Below, in pieces: positions 1 through 13,215 of a stretch of 64,000 bases of DNA. Origin of the DNA: Tubiluchus corallicola (taxonomy: Eukaryota > Animalia > Priapulida); contig JAQGDQ010000310.1 of the NCBI GenBank assembly GCA_030141605.1, positions 1 to 64,000 of the forward strand, read 5' to 3'. A model generated the notes under the pieces. The model searched no databases and had not been told where the DNA came from. It was given only the letters and a program-made list of their open reading frames with translations. The position numbers were made by a program, and so were the translations under genes. How positions within the stretch are numbered: position 1 is the first letter of the stretch; each line of letters begins with the position of its first letter.

Positions 1-82
<82 letters not shown>

Positions 83-527
83 CCTCCCTCCCTCCATCCA
101 TCCATCCATCCATCCATCCATCCATCCATCCATCCATCCATCCATCCATCCATCCATCCATCCATCCATCCATCCATCCATCCATCCATGTATGTATGTA
201 TGTATGTATGTATGTATGTATGTATGTATGTATGTATGTATGTATGTATGTATGTATGTATGTATGTATGTATGTATGTATGTATGTATGTATGTATCCA
301 TCCATCCATCCATCCATCCATCCATCCATCCATCCATCCATCCATCCATCCATTCATCCATTCATCCATCCATGCATGCATCCATCCATCCATCCATCCA
401 TCCATCCATCCATCCATCCATCCATCCATCCATCCATCCATCCATCCATCCATCCATCCATCAATCAATTACTTCTTATCATCTATTCATCTATCTATCT
501 ATCTATTCATCTATCTATCTATCTATC
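1..527. repeat. Compound microsatellite (TC)n-(CCAT)n-(ATGT)n-(CCAT)n-(ATCT)n
   Basis: Direct reading. Confidence 0.97.
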
Positions 528-838
528 TGTGACTTTGTTACCTGTGACTTTTTTTACTTGTGACTTTGTTACCTGTGACTTTTTTACCTGTGACTTTGTT
601 ACCTGTGACTTTTTACCTGTAACATTTTACATGTAACTTTTTTACTTGTGACTTTTTTATCTGTGACTTTTTTATCTGTGTCTTTTTACCTGTAACTTTT
701 TACTTGTGACTTTTTTACCTGTGAGGTTTTTTTACCTGTGACTTTTCACCTGTAACTTTTTATATGTGACTTTTTACCTGTGACTTTTTACCTGTGACTT
801 TTTACTTGTGACCTTTTTACCTGTGACTTTATTACCTG
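527..838. repeat. ~14-16 bp minisatellite CCTGTGAC(T)nA
   Basis: About 20 copies with variable T tract. Confidence 0.92.
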
Positions 839-910
839 GATTCGGTCGAGCAGCATGGAAATATCAGCTAGTGCTATTTGCAAACTCTGATGATCATTGA
901 GTACCTCAAA

Positions 911-913
911 CTG

Positions 914-959
<46 letters not shown>

Positions 960-970
960 TCCTACTACTA

Positions 971-1010
<40 letters not shown>

Positions 1011-1036
1011 TACTACTACTACTACTACTACTGCTG

Positions 1037-1116
<80 letters not shown>

Positions 1117-1193
1117 GCCACTACTACTACTGTTGCTGCTGCTGCTGCTGCTGCAGCTGCTGGTTTTCCTACTACTACTACTACTATTACTAT

Positions 1194-1262
<69 letters not shown>

Positions 1263-1280
1263 AACAACTACTACTACTAC
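911..1280. repeat. (CTA)n/(CTG)n trinucleotide tract
   Basis: Direct reading. Confidence 0.95.
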
Positions 1281-1843
1281 TTTTTTTTCATAAACTTGTC
1301 TTGCAGCTTCTTAACTGCAGTTAACTTGGACAGTACACATTTAGCAATACCCATACTGGCCAAAGTGTACGTCATGCACTAATGTATGTAGGTTATTAGC
1401 GTGCCTTTTCATATTATCGCTCATTTTGCTTTTAATCCACTTTCTTTCATTAATTTTCTGAATTACGTCATACACCCAAGCGCCATCGGTAATTAAACGT
1501 TCTGCGCAGATATAATTATTTTTCAAGAACTCTCCGCGTTGTATTTGTTTTTAATTGCTCTGTTATAGGCGCTTGGAATAATTAATTATGGTGAGCTAAC
1601 TATAACTTTATTTTAGTTATCAAGTGACTAACAACTTATTTCAAGTTCGAGACCCAATTTAACCCTTTTTTCGAATGTGTTTGAATAGTGTGGGTGTACA
1701 CTTAAATGAAATTACTTTGTACGATTAATAGTGAAGCTATGTTTGAATGTCGTGTAATTACGTAAACGCTGTGGACTAATTCTATGTTACCCCACTATTG
1801 CCAAAAAACATATTATGTTGCAAAATAATTTGTCATTAAAAGT

Positions 1844-2040
<197 letters not shown>

Positions 2041-2131
2041 AAATACGTTCTCTTTTTTCTTGATCTGGAGTACAAAATAAATAACATAGAATCCATTTTA
2101 AAATGGAAGTTAAACCAACAACAGCGTACTT

Positions 2132-3241
2132 CAGTGGCGGCACGTGTATAGGTACTGTGGATTTGCAGCTCCCCTGTATTCACTCATTATTATAGATGAT
2201 ATTCAATATAATGAGTCTTTTTTCTTTAGTTATTTTTTATACTTGTGCAGAACCGGAGCACGTGAGGGTAGTACAATTTGCTTCACAGCCCAAGCAACGT
2301 GGTGTTGGGCTGTTGTGCGCATGCGGTCATGCGCGCATGTCTAAGATAATACGCTGTACGCTAGCATCTGCTGCTAAGTAGAAAAGTACTGTCTCTATCA
2401 CAGTAACAATTGCCACGTGCTTACATATGATAAAATGTAAACTTAGCGTGTGTGCTTAAAACATAAATTATTTAATAATAGACGCCTTGCATCCCCAAGA
2501 AATAAGTTCTGTGACTGTAAGTGAACTACAACAGCTTAATTTTTCACAGTTGTCTCTCCGTGAGAAAGTTGCAGTTGAGAAAAGAGGCCGTTCAACACGC
2601 GATCTTCAAATATAACTATAGGTTTTACACGTCAAATGTAGACACAGGAAAGTTCAAATGTGACTTAGGTAAATCAAATGTAGACTTAGGAATTTTGAAT
2701 GTGTTTTGGTAACTCAGATGTGACTTAGGTAAGTCAAATGTAGACATAGGAATTTCGAATGTGTTTTGGTAATTCAAATGTGACTTAGGTAAGTCAAATG
2801 TAGACATAGGAATTTTGAATGTGTTTTGGTAACTCAAATGTGACTTAGGTAAGTCAAATGTAGACATAGGAATTTCGAATGTGTTTTGGTAACTCAAATG
2901 TGACTTAGGAAGTCAAATGTAGACATAGGAATTTCGAGTGTGTTTTGGTAACTCAGATGTGACTTAGGTAAGTCAAATGTAGACTTAGGAAAGTTCAAAT
3001 GTGACTTAGGTAAGTCAAATGTAGACTTAGGAAAGTTCAAATGTGACTTAGGTAAGTCAAATGTAGATGCGGTACTTTGAAAAAATCGGTAATTGGCTCA
3101 TTTAAGTGCAAATTACAAAAAGATAAAACCAAATTCAAATTAAAAATGTTTGTTACGTTTTACAGCAGTGTTAAAACAATGGCTAAAAAATTTCTAAAGC
3201 AGCCGAGCACTCCCACTAATTTTAGCTACGAACCGCCTCTG
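2132..3241. mobile_element. hAT-like non-autonomous element with internal minisatellite
   Basis: Termini CAGTGGCGG...CCGCCTCTG; 8-bp flanks GCGTACTT/GGGTACTT (7/8); related shorter copy at 15058-15591. Confidence 0.75.
2634..3066. repeat. 60-bp (and 35-bp sub-unit) minisatellite AAATGTAGACATAGGAA...GTGACTTAGGTAAGTC
   Basis: Five ~60-bp units flanked by shorter 35-bp units. Confidence 0.92.
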
Positions 3242-3744
3242 GGGTACTTTAACTAGTTAACAAGGAAAACCCCAATATTATTGAATTCTTTTGTAAAACT
3301 GATAATTTCATAAAGTATTGTGACTTGTGGGCTGCCGTACGTCACGTGCCATTGTTACAATGTGAGAAATCTTCAATAATACTATCACACCCACATATCA
3401 GGAGTTGCGCAAGGTGTTCTTTTGCTAAACTAGTTGTTTACGATAAATGTCTTACCAGTTCGTTTCTCAAAGCGTGTATAAAAGCATGTCCTTTCAGGAA
3501 AACACAAGAAGGAAGCGGCATTAACGAAATCAACTAGGCTGATAAATTGGCTTTGTTTCAGGAGTGAGATCAAAGACTGCCAGGACGCCGCAGGCAATAG
3601 GGCAACTGATTATTCTGATGCTGTTTTCTTTTTCCAGACGTCGAGCTAATTATCTGCATTAACTGGGTCATCAGAAAAAGTGTGGCTTCCTAAAAGAAAC
3701 GAATAACAAACCCGATGCGTAAATGAGAATGCTTGACAGTAGTA

Positions 3745-4350
3745 AAGGAAGACTATACTACCCCATTTTCAAGTCCGATAAAAAGTATACATTTTAACAC
3801 ATTTTATACTGCAAAAGCTTTTCTGATAATTAAACAATAGATTAAAAACTTAATTAACGGCGGGCGTGCCCAACTAGTGATGACATCACAAACTAACATA
3901 ATTTCCAACAGCAAAAATATTCCACGAGCGTGTTACACGTGTTTGCGCAAGCAGAAATTGAAGTACTGTGTTACTGTAAGATATTCAGTGCAAACTTGTA
4001 GTAAAACTAGGCTAGTTTTAAGATAAAAATTCGAATTCCATATTTACCGCTGTGCTCGCTGTCCAACGTGTGTAGTTCGTCACAAACTAACTTATCTGAA
4101 CTGAGTGATACAGCACCTGTTTTTTGAGCAATGCGTTTCCGAAATGCAGGCGACAGTGTCCGTCTAACTAGCGAATGGTGAAATGCATGTAACGCCGAAG
4201 AACTAGTGGCGTCAACATGAAATTGTGTTTGTGTCGTAATAATTCTTTCACGTAAATCATTCTTTAAATAATGGATGTTTCCTTTCAATATTTTAAAGAG
4301 GAGATTGTTTTGACCTACAGTTTAAGATTGGGTCCTGGTTTCGCTTTAAA
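3745..4350. mobile_element. ~600-bp dispersed repeat, Kolobok-like ends (AGGAAGAC...TTAA)
   Basis: Homologous to 5235-5865 (same orientation) and to ~18600-19123 and 14350-14505 (inverted); ends abut TTAA. Confidence 0.6.
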
Positions 4351-5234
4351 GATAGACAGAGGCCAAAAATTGAAGGCGGCTCTAGATAATTTGACACCCT
4401 AAACAAAAGTATTTTAACGCACCCTCCTCCTCCACGCCCCACAATAATGTATAATGGCTCCTGATTGGAAGTTCTGTACATGTGTTATGACAAGTTAAAA
4501 TAATATTATGTGAAGTTTGAAAAAATAATCAGAGCATTCGTAGCACACACCTCACTAACTAAATAAAATTTAAAATTACTGTATCTTGTCAATAAAATCA
4601 AAAATACCTTTTTGGTTAGTGAGTGGTGCACCCTGGAGGGTGAGTCAGCCACATTTTACCAATTGGTGAAAACATTTTAAATAATTAATAATTTTCTTTT
4701 CTAGTTACATAAGTCTTTCCAGCAGGTAAGCGAAATGGCATGTAATATAGATTTGCACAGAACGTTTTTGGGACATAATTTAACATTTCCTTTTCTTCCC
4801 CTGATTTACGTTTGCCTAGTGACGTCATGTAATGGCGCTGTCGGAAACGAAAGCGAACAATAATTCCTTTTAACGCGAGTACGATATACGCATCAAATTG
4901 TTATAAAGTAATATCATTTCTTAAGGCGATTTTTCTGAAACCTATTTTAGGTACCTTTTTTCTTGTCCTTTAATTTGCCTTTCCATCTCTTTGTGACTTT
5001 TCTGCGCGTGAGAAATCTATTACACTGATAATATAATTATATAACTGTTTACTTTTACCATCATAGACGAGACAGCAATTTCCGTGTGGAGGATAAATTA
5101 CGTTATTTCAGGAAGTTCTTTGAACTATAAAACACCAGGTTTCTACAAGAAAATTAGTGCCACAGTGATAATAAAAATTATTCCGCACAAATCTTTATTA
5201 TTGTCACGGTGTATGTGACAATGTCTACAGAATT

Positions 5235-5865
5235 TAAACGAAAGCAGGATGATTTTTTACATCCTAGCCCATTTTGAAATACGGTAAAACTACGGTACGG
5301 TGTAATACGCATTTGAACACCTATAATAATGCCAAGCGTTTCTGATAATAAAATAATAGATTAAAACGTTATTTAAAGGCAAGCTAGCCCAACTATTGAT
5401 GACATCACAAGCTGACATGATTTTCAACAGCAAAAACATTCCACGAGCGTGCTGCACGTGTTTGCAAAAGCAAAAATTTAAATACAGTACTACTGTAAGA
5501 TATTCAGTGTGTTGTACTAAATCTAGGCAAACGTCAAGTTTAAAATTCAAATTTCGGGCTTACCACCACGCTCACCTTTGAGCTTTCGTACCTGTATACT
5601 ACGTCACAACCGAACATTTCTGAACTGACAGGTACAGTACTTGTTTTGTGCGTTTCTGAAATGCAAGCGCTAGTGCCCATCTAACAGTGAATGGCGAAAT
5701 GCATGTAAGAGGGAAGAACTAGCCACGCGAACGCGAAATCACGTTTCTGTGATAACAATTCTTTCACGTAAGTCTTTCCTGAAAAAATAGTGTATCCCAT
5801 TCAATATTTTAAAGAGTAGATTGTTTAGACTCGATGTTTAAGATTAAGTCCGGTTTTTAGTTTAT
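5235..5865. mobile_element. Second copy of the ~600-bp dispersed repeat
   Basis: Shares blocks ATTCCACGAGCGTG, ACTGTAAGATATTCAGTG and TTCAATATTTTAAAGAG with 3745-4350. Confidence 0.6.
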
Positions 5866-6265
5866 CGAGATACACAGACGATTAACTTTTTGAATTATGC
5901 CACTTTTTATTCTAGTTTTAAAAGGGCATCTATCCCACAAAAGTGTAATAGTCCATTAGTCTATTGTAAATGGCTAAATGTTGATTTGACATTGCTCAAT
6001 TTGAGAACTGATTTTTCAAACAAATATGGCCACACATATTATATTATAATTATCTACTCGTAAACACGACTGGATTGCCCTATATGTTAGTATAGGCTGT
6101 AGCCTGGGGCCCCTCAAGCTATGGGGCTTATATTTTTTGAAAAGTGAATATAATATTTTAACATTTGCATTGCTGGGTAATTCATTTAACTTGAAATAAA
6201 ATTTCAACTTTAAAAAAGGAAGCCTAACTCTGAAAATCCCATTTTAAAAGAGTGGCCTCTGGCTC

Positions 6266-6610
6266 ATTATTTGAGATAAAGGGTCCCTGTTTGAGGCCTT
6301 TTATTTGAGGTAAAGGGTCCCTGTTTGAGCCTTTTATTTGAGATAAAGGGTCCCTGTTTGAGGCCTTTTATTTGAGATAAAGGGTCCCTGTTTGAGACCT
6401 TTTATTTGAGATAAAGGGTCCCTGTTTGAGGCCTTTTATTTGAGATAAAGGGTCCCTGTTTGAGACCTTTTATTTGAGATAAAGGGTCCCTGTTTGAGGC
6501 CTTTTATTTGAGATAAAGGGTCCCTGTTTGAGGACTTTTATTTGAGACAAAGGGCCCCTGTTTGAGGCCTTTTATTTGAGATAGCGAGGTTCTTATTTGA
6601 GACCCTTTTA
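6266..6610. repeat. 34-bp minisatellite TTATTTGAGATAAAGGGTCCCTGTTTGAGGCCTT (~10 copies)
   Basis: Direct reading. Confidence 0.93.
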
Positions 6611-6648
6611 TGGGATAATGTGCCCAAGATAAGGGGTGCAGGCGAGTG

Positions 6649-6978
<330 letters not shown>

Positions 6979-7352
6979 TTTAAGATTGGGTCCGCATTTC
7001 CTTTAAACTAACAACGTCATGTCTTTTCAGGGGTAAACTTTCACAGGAATAATCACTTTCATCCGAATTTCACAGGATAGCCTTACAAAGCGAAATTTAA
7101 AGCAAAAATATGACAATTGGAAAAATTTTGCATTATTTACCCTTTTAAGACTTGTCATTCAAGTAAACATGTAAATCATGTTAATGTAATAAGTATTCAT
7201 GTAAACATATTTACAAACAAATATGAATGGGTCTATTGTTTATTAAAATGTAAATGGTTCGCCAGTGTCATGTAAATAAGTGTTTAGATATATTCAAAAT
7301 TTTAAAAATTCTAAATTATTTTTTGTTTACAGTATACCTATGAGGTCACCCT

Positions 7353-7870
7353 CCTGGGTTGTGAGGCCGAGTGGTTTAGGTTTCGGACTGCAACCACGTG
7401 GTGCTGAGTTCGAGTCTAGCATCTGCAACGCCAGGACGTATACCCTACATGTTATTCGATATTTGTAAGTTTTAATTAGCAGAAGTCCTAATGAGCAGTT
7501 CGTGTTTTTAAATGCGTCACAAGATGTAGAAGTTGTTAAAATTAATGCTAGATTGGTCCACAAAATATTTGGAGACTGCAAGCCTGACTGACTGACTAAC
7601 TGTAATACATGCAATATTAAGTTTATAATATATGTGTATGTTGCTCTGTTGTATGCGTTTTTTATGTATGAAATATTGTACCACTTATATGTGGTTTCTT
7701 TATTGCGATGTATAATGTTTTTTAAGTCGTTTTTCTTTGTCTCTCGTAATTCGCTTTGCTTAACGGTCCAGTAAATAAATATTATTAATTGTAAGTCGCT
7801 AGACAGCCCAAGGTGCTAATGCTGTTTGTTAAATTAGCGACGGTAGTTATAATCTTGTCTTTGTCTTTCT
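7353..7870 (+). mobile_element. tRNA-derived SINE-like repeat, copy 1
   Basis: Head GGCCGAGTGG (A-box) ... GACTGCAA ... GAGTTCGAGTC (B-box), then a ~450-nt body nearly identical to 40750-41293. Confidence 0.75.
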
Positions 7871-7959
7871 TTCTTTGTGAAAAGACTTGAATCTTCCGGC
7901 AAAAGTAGCATCTTCTTTCACTTTGAATCTTTGTGCTTATCCAGCCAACTATTATTATA

Positions 7960-8135
7960 ATTAACTCATCGTCACTTGTTGTACCGTGTTATAATCTAGT
8001 CACATATGATACTCATAGTTTTAGCATAGCAGCACCAAAATTATGGAATGATTTACCAATTCGTGCACGTAAAATCAATAATGTTCAAAAGTTCAAATCA
8101 TTCCTTAAAACTTATTTTTATTATTTAAAAATTTA
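7960..8135 (+). mobile_element. LINE (CR1/L2-clade) ORF2 C-terminal relic
   Basis: Peptide SFSIAAPKLWNDLP...FKSFLKTYF is typical of the CR1/L2 ORF2 end; followed by AATAAA and a (TTA)n tail near 8295. Confidence 0.7.
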
Positions 8136-8308
8136 ATATGGACGCGTGGATTTAATTACGCTGATTTTTTTACATTTATTATGATTTAAGTTTTATTTAT
8201 AACAGCCTATTGTATATGTACTGTTTATGTGTTAATATTTTAAGTATATAAATGCATTTGTCCATTTTTAATGTTAATGCATTTTAAATATTCAATAAAT
8301 TATTATTA

Positions 8309-8309
<1 letters not shown>

Positions 8310-8344
<35 letters not shown>

Positions 8345-8685
8345 GTTGTTGTTGTTGTTGTTGTTGTTGTTATTATTATTATTATTACTATTACTATTAG
8401 TATTACTATTACTATAACTTTTACTATTACTATTACTATTACTATTACTACTACTACTACTATTACTATTTCTATTACTATTTCTATTACTATTACTATT
8501 ACTATTACTATTACTATTACTATTACTATTACTATTACTATTACTATTACTATTACTATTACTATTACTATTACTATTATTATTATTATTGTTATTATTA
8601 TTATTTTATTTTTATTATTATTATCATCATCATCATCATCATTATCATTATCATTATCATTACCATTATCATAATCATTATTATT
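8310..8685. repeat. Compound (TTA)/(TTG)/(TTACTA)/(TCA) microsatellite
   Basis: Direct reading. Confidence 0.95.
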
Positions 8686-9149
8686 ATATAAAACGCATGC
8701 ACCCTCTGGCGGCTTACTCTGACAAGACAGTTTCAACAAGTAATGCTATTTTTACGAACATGCACTCTAATAATATGACATTAATATAGCATTAGTCAAG
8801 CAGAGCTAATTGAATCTTCAATCTTTGATAAGGTACCGCAGGTATCGCAAGACTTTCTGACAGTAATTCGATCAACACGAAGCTGACAAGTTTTCCTAAT
8901 CACCACGTCAGAAACATGCACATCGATGTCTGCTAACATTCGCCGTCGTGCGATTTGCCACATTTCTCATTAATTATCGGCTGAGATTATTTAGCGGAGT
9001 AGAAAATCTGACATATACAGTAATAATAACCAGAATCGAGCTGGGATTGGATCAATAGAAAGTTGCAACTCTTTGATTTTAGATTATTAACGCCCACCTC
9101 GGTCACAGCCTTGCCTTCACGCTTTGTTAATTACTGTATATGTGTGTAA

Positions 9150-9886
9150 GGTAGGTCAAAGGACAAAGGTGCCCTCCTCGAGTGCCTTTTTTTTACACAA
9201 ATCCTCCATGCAAAGTCTCGGTCACTGCCTTGCCTTCACACATTGTTAATTACAGTATAATGGGTGTGTAAGGTTGGTCAAAGGACAAAGGTGCCCTCCT
9301 CGAGTGGCTTTTTTACACAAATCCTCCATGCAAAAGTCTCGGTCGCCGCTCCGGTAGGTCAAAGGACAAAGGTGCCCTCCTCGAGTGGCTTTTATACACA
9401 AATCCTCCATGCAAAAGTCTCGGTCACCGCCTCGATAGGTCAAACGACAAAGATGCCCTCCTCGAGTGGCTTTTTTTACACAAATCCTCCATGCAAAAGT
9501 CTCGGTCGCCGCTCCGGTAGGTCAAAGGACAAAGGTGTCCTCCTCGAGTGGCTTTTTTACACAAATCCTCCATGCAAAAGTCTCGGTCACCGCCTCGATA
9601 GGTCAAAGGACAAAGATGCCCTCCTCGAGTGCCTTTTTTACACAAATCCTCCATGCAAGTCTCGGTCAGTGCCTCGGTAGGTCAAAGGATAAAGGTGCCT
9701 TCCTCGAGTGGCTTTTTTAGACAAATCCTCCATGCAAAAGTCTCGGTCACCGCCTCGATAGGTCAAAGGACAAAAGTGCCCTCCTCGAGTGGCTTTTTTA
9801 CACAAATCCTCCATGCAAAAGTCTCGGTCACCGCCTCGATAGGTCAAAGGACAAAAGTGCCCTCCTCGAGTGGCTTTCTTACACAA
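9150..9886. repeat. ~81-bp minisatellite (GGTCAAAGGACAAAGGTGCCCTCCTCGAGTGG...), ~9 copies
   Basis: Units at ~9150, 9271, 9353, 9434, 9516, 9597, 9676, 9757, 9838. Confidence 0.92.
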
Positions 9887-10269
9887 TCTTCTCTCGCCCC
9901 TCTCTTTCATTCTGACTCCTCTCTCTTTTATTCTGACTCTCTTTCTCCCTCTCTCTCCTTCAACCTTGCATTTCAGTTCTTTCTCTCAGGTCCAGGTTAC
10001 TGTCATAATTTAATCGACCTGTTTTTATATAAAAAGATCTTCCACTTTTTCTTGTTGACTGCAATGATTTTTCTATTTTTAAACTAAGCATTAAACGCAC
10101 GCGTGTCTAAGGCATAATCATCTTTTCTAAAGAAAACTTTAATACTGTTCAACCAAATCTCCTTGTGAATAAGGGAATGACGCAGTTTGTTTTATTCTAT
10201 TCATCCATGACATTCATTTAAAACATGTTTTTGTTACGATGGTTGAGATTTGATCTTTTGTTAGATTTT

Positions 10270-10454
10270 CTGATGTAAGTGTTGTACCTAGACTGACGTA
10301 AGTGTTGTACCTAGACTGACGTAAGTGTTGTACCTAGACTGACGTAAGCATTGAACCTAGACAGACGTAAGGGTTGTACGTAGACTGACGTAAGCGTGGT
10401 ACCTAGACTGACGTAAGCATTGTACCTAGACTGACGTAATGGTTATACGCAGAC
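10270..10454. repeat. 23-bp minisatellite CTGACGTAAGTGTTGTACCTAGA (~8 copies)
   Basis: Direct reading; the last unit is split by the MITE at 10455. Confidence 0.9.
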
Positions 10455-10839
10455 TAGGGGTGAGCATCGAACGCTCGAATTTGATTCGAACGAGTTTTTT
10501 TTAGTTCGAACTCGATTCGAATCCAAAACTATAGATTCGAGTAATTCAGCACTTCAATCACATACGTTCTTTATCACTAAAACGATTGAAACATCATGCA
10601 ATTAGCGTGATTTAGCTGTGATTCCTGTGCACAATTTTATACCAATTACTAGTCGTTTTATTGTAGAACAAAATCTAGTGACATGCATGATCTTTGCAAG
10701 ACTAATTTTTACTGGTGGTTCGAAAATCTTTCAAACTCAATTCGAATTCGAAACACTGAAATTCGGTTCGATTCGAATTCGAAAGTCACAAATTCGGTTC
10801 GATTCGAATTCGCTTTCTGGTAGAGAATGCTCACCCCTA
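10455..10839 (+). mobile_element. hAT-superfamily MITE (TIR TAGGGGTGAGCAT), TTCGAA-rich
   Basis: Perfect 8-bp TSD ACGCAGAC (10447-10454 / 10840-10847). Confidence 0.92.
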
Positions 10840-11199
10840 ACGCAGACTGACGTATCGAACTCATGACCTCGCAGACGAAAAGCAGAGTCGCTTTTTTATT
10901 CAGAAATATCAGAATTGTGTCTATAATGTTTCGGTTACGGCGGCTCAGGTAGCAGCACTGTATCACACGTTCAACACAATGCTGTATAACTGAGTGCTAA
11001 GGTCATCTCCGCCATCATGGAGCTGTCAAGTGCCTCTAACATATTCTTCGTTAAATTCGTCTATTTTTCTACTCATTGCGAAACTGTCAAGTGGTTTTTC
11101 TATCAACTGTACAACTGAAATCAAATGCTTGTGTGTCAATTGTGATACATGTACATACCAAACAAACGAATTTCATACTTTGTATTTTCTGTTTATACC

Positions 11200-12410
11200 A
11201 AATGAACCCTATTGTTTGTAACTGTTACTGTGACGTTCATCAAATGAACACTTTTGTTTATGTGTGTTTACTGCGATATGCAACAGCAAACTCTATTGTT
11301 AATGTCTGTTAACTGTAAACATCAAATGAACACTATTGTTTACATCCATATACTGTGAAATATGCAACAGCAAACTATTGTTAATGTCTGTTAACTGCAA
11401 ACATCAAATGAACACTATTGTTCGCATTTATATACTGTGAAATATGCAACAGCAAACTCTATTGTTAATGTCTGTTAACTGGAAACATCAAATGAACACT
11501 ACTGTTTACATCCATTTACTGTGATGAGCAACAACAACCTCTATTGTTAATGTCTGTTAACTGTAAACATCAAATGAACGCTATTGTTTACATACATACA
11601 CTGCGGTAAGCAACAATAAACTCTATCGTTAATGTCTGTTAACTGTAAACATCAAATGAACACTATTGTTTACATCCATATACTGTGAAATATGCAACAG
11701 CAAACTATTGTTAATGTCTGTTAACTGCAAACATCAAATGAACACTATTGTTCGCATTTATATACTGTGAAATATGCAACAGCAAACTCTATTGTTAATG
11801 TCTGTTAACTGGAAACATCAAATGAACACTACTGTTTACATCCATTTACTGTGATGAGCAACAACAACCTCTATTGTTAATGTCTGTTAACTGTAAACAT
11901 CAAATGAACGCTATTGTTTACATACATACACTGCGGTAAGCAACAATAAACTCTATCGTTAATGTCTGTTAACTGTAAACATCAAATGAACACTATTGTT
12001 TACATCCATTTAATGTGATTTGCAACAACAAACTCTATTGTTAATGTCTGTTAACTGTAAACATCAAATGAACACTATTGTTTACATCCATTTAATGTGA
12101 TTTGCAACAACAAACTCTACTGTTAATGTCTGTTAACTGGAAACATCAAATGAACACTATTGTTTACATCCATTTACTGTGATGAGCAACAACAAACTCT
12201 ACTGTTAATGTCTGTTAACTGGAAACATCAAATGAACACTATTGTTTACATCCATTTACTGTGATGAGCAACAACAAACTCTATTGTTAATGTCTGTTAA
12301 CTGTAAACATCAAATGAACACTATTGTTTACATCCATATACTGTACTATGCAAAAACAAACTCTATTGTTAATGTCTGTTAACTGTAAACATCAAATGAA
12401 CACTATTGTT
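11200..12410. repeat. ~82-bp minisatellite (~14 units) with a 330-bp four-unit higher-order duplication
   Basis: 11311-11640 is repeated at 11641-11970. Confidence 0.92.
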
Positions 12411-12580
12411 TAAGTGCTGCTAATCATAGCTAGACGTAACGAAGTTTGCAAAAAACTGTAACATAACGAATTAGAGTCTGTCACATCTGCCACGCATCTT
12501 GTAAACTTGTGAAGTTCACCAAGAGCTTGGAAAGCAAAAGCACGTGAATGGATCCAGGAAGTTAAAGCTGTTTTCACAAT

Positions 12581-12586
12581 TTTATT
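12581..12586 (-). terminator. Candidate polyadenylation signal (AATAAA) of ANAPC7
   Basis: TTTATT on + strand, ~570 nt downstream of the stop codon. Confidence 0.45.
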
Positions 12587-12744
12587 ACAATTTAATATAA
12601 CAAAAGTACACAAAAATTACAACAAAAAAGCAGGTCCAACAGTACAAAAGAAGTTAAAATTAATTCATTTACAAACTTATTAATGCTAGTTTAAACTTGG
12701 AAAACTGCTACTAATTTCAACGGAGTTTATTTAGTCGTGAGCAC

Positions 12745-13149
12745 CAGGGTGAGCATCGAACGTCGGAGTTCAAATGTTCGAATCGATTTCAAATGTTTCG
12801 AGTTCGAACCTAAAATTGTAGATTCGAATAATTGAGCACTTCGGCCACATACGTTCTTTATCATCAAAATGATTGAAACATCATGCCAGTAGCACAATTA
12901 GCTTCAGTTTCTGGGCAAAATTTTTAACAAACTAATTGTGATCTTGGTGCAAAACAAAATCGAGCAATATGCAAGATCTTCGCAAGATCACTTTTGACAT
13001 TTGGTTCGAAAACTTGTTCGAAAATCTTTCAACCTCAATTCCAATTCGATTCGATTTCGAAACAGTGAAATTTGGTTCAATTCGCATTCGAAACTTTGCA
13101 AATTCGATTCGATTTGAATTCGTTCTCTGGTTGAGAATGCTCACCCCTG
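12745..13149 (+). mobile_element. Older copy of the TAGGGGTGAGCAT hAT MITE, in the ANAPC7 3'UTR
   Basis: Ends CAGGGTGAGCAT...ATGCTCACCCCTG; decayed TSD GTGAGCAC/CTAAACAC; body aligns with 10455-10839. Confidence 0.85.
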
Positions 13150-13158
13150 CTAAACACT

Positions 13159-13215
13159 TCAGACAAAGTCGCTGTCTGACCAAACCCCGTCGTCACCAAT
13201 AGACTGCAGGTCAAC
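13159..13215 (-). CDS. ANAPC7: ANAPC7 exon 15, terminal (VDLQSIGDDGVWSDSDFV*)
   Basis: CTTTCAG acceptor, phase 0, acidic Trp-containing tail like human GDLEGSDSEAAQW; TGA at 13161-13159. Confidence 0.8.
   Translation of the reverse strand, partial: VDLQSIGDDGVWSDSDFV

Noticed and set aside
3540-5150. Scattered splice-like signals and a TGACGTCA/AATGGCG promoter-like patch (~4820)
   Set aside because: No coherent reading frame or recognisable product could be assembled; a non-coding transcript cannot be excluded from sequence alone.
7353-7430. Functional tRNA-Cys gene
   Set aside because: The acceptor stem does not pair and the head is fused to a 450-nt body present twice, which indicates a SINE.
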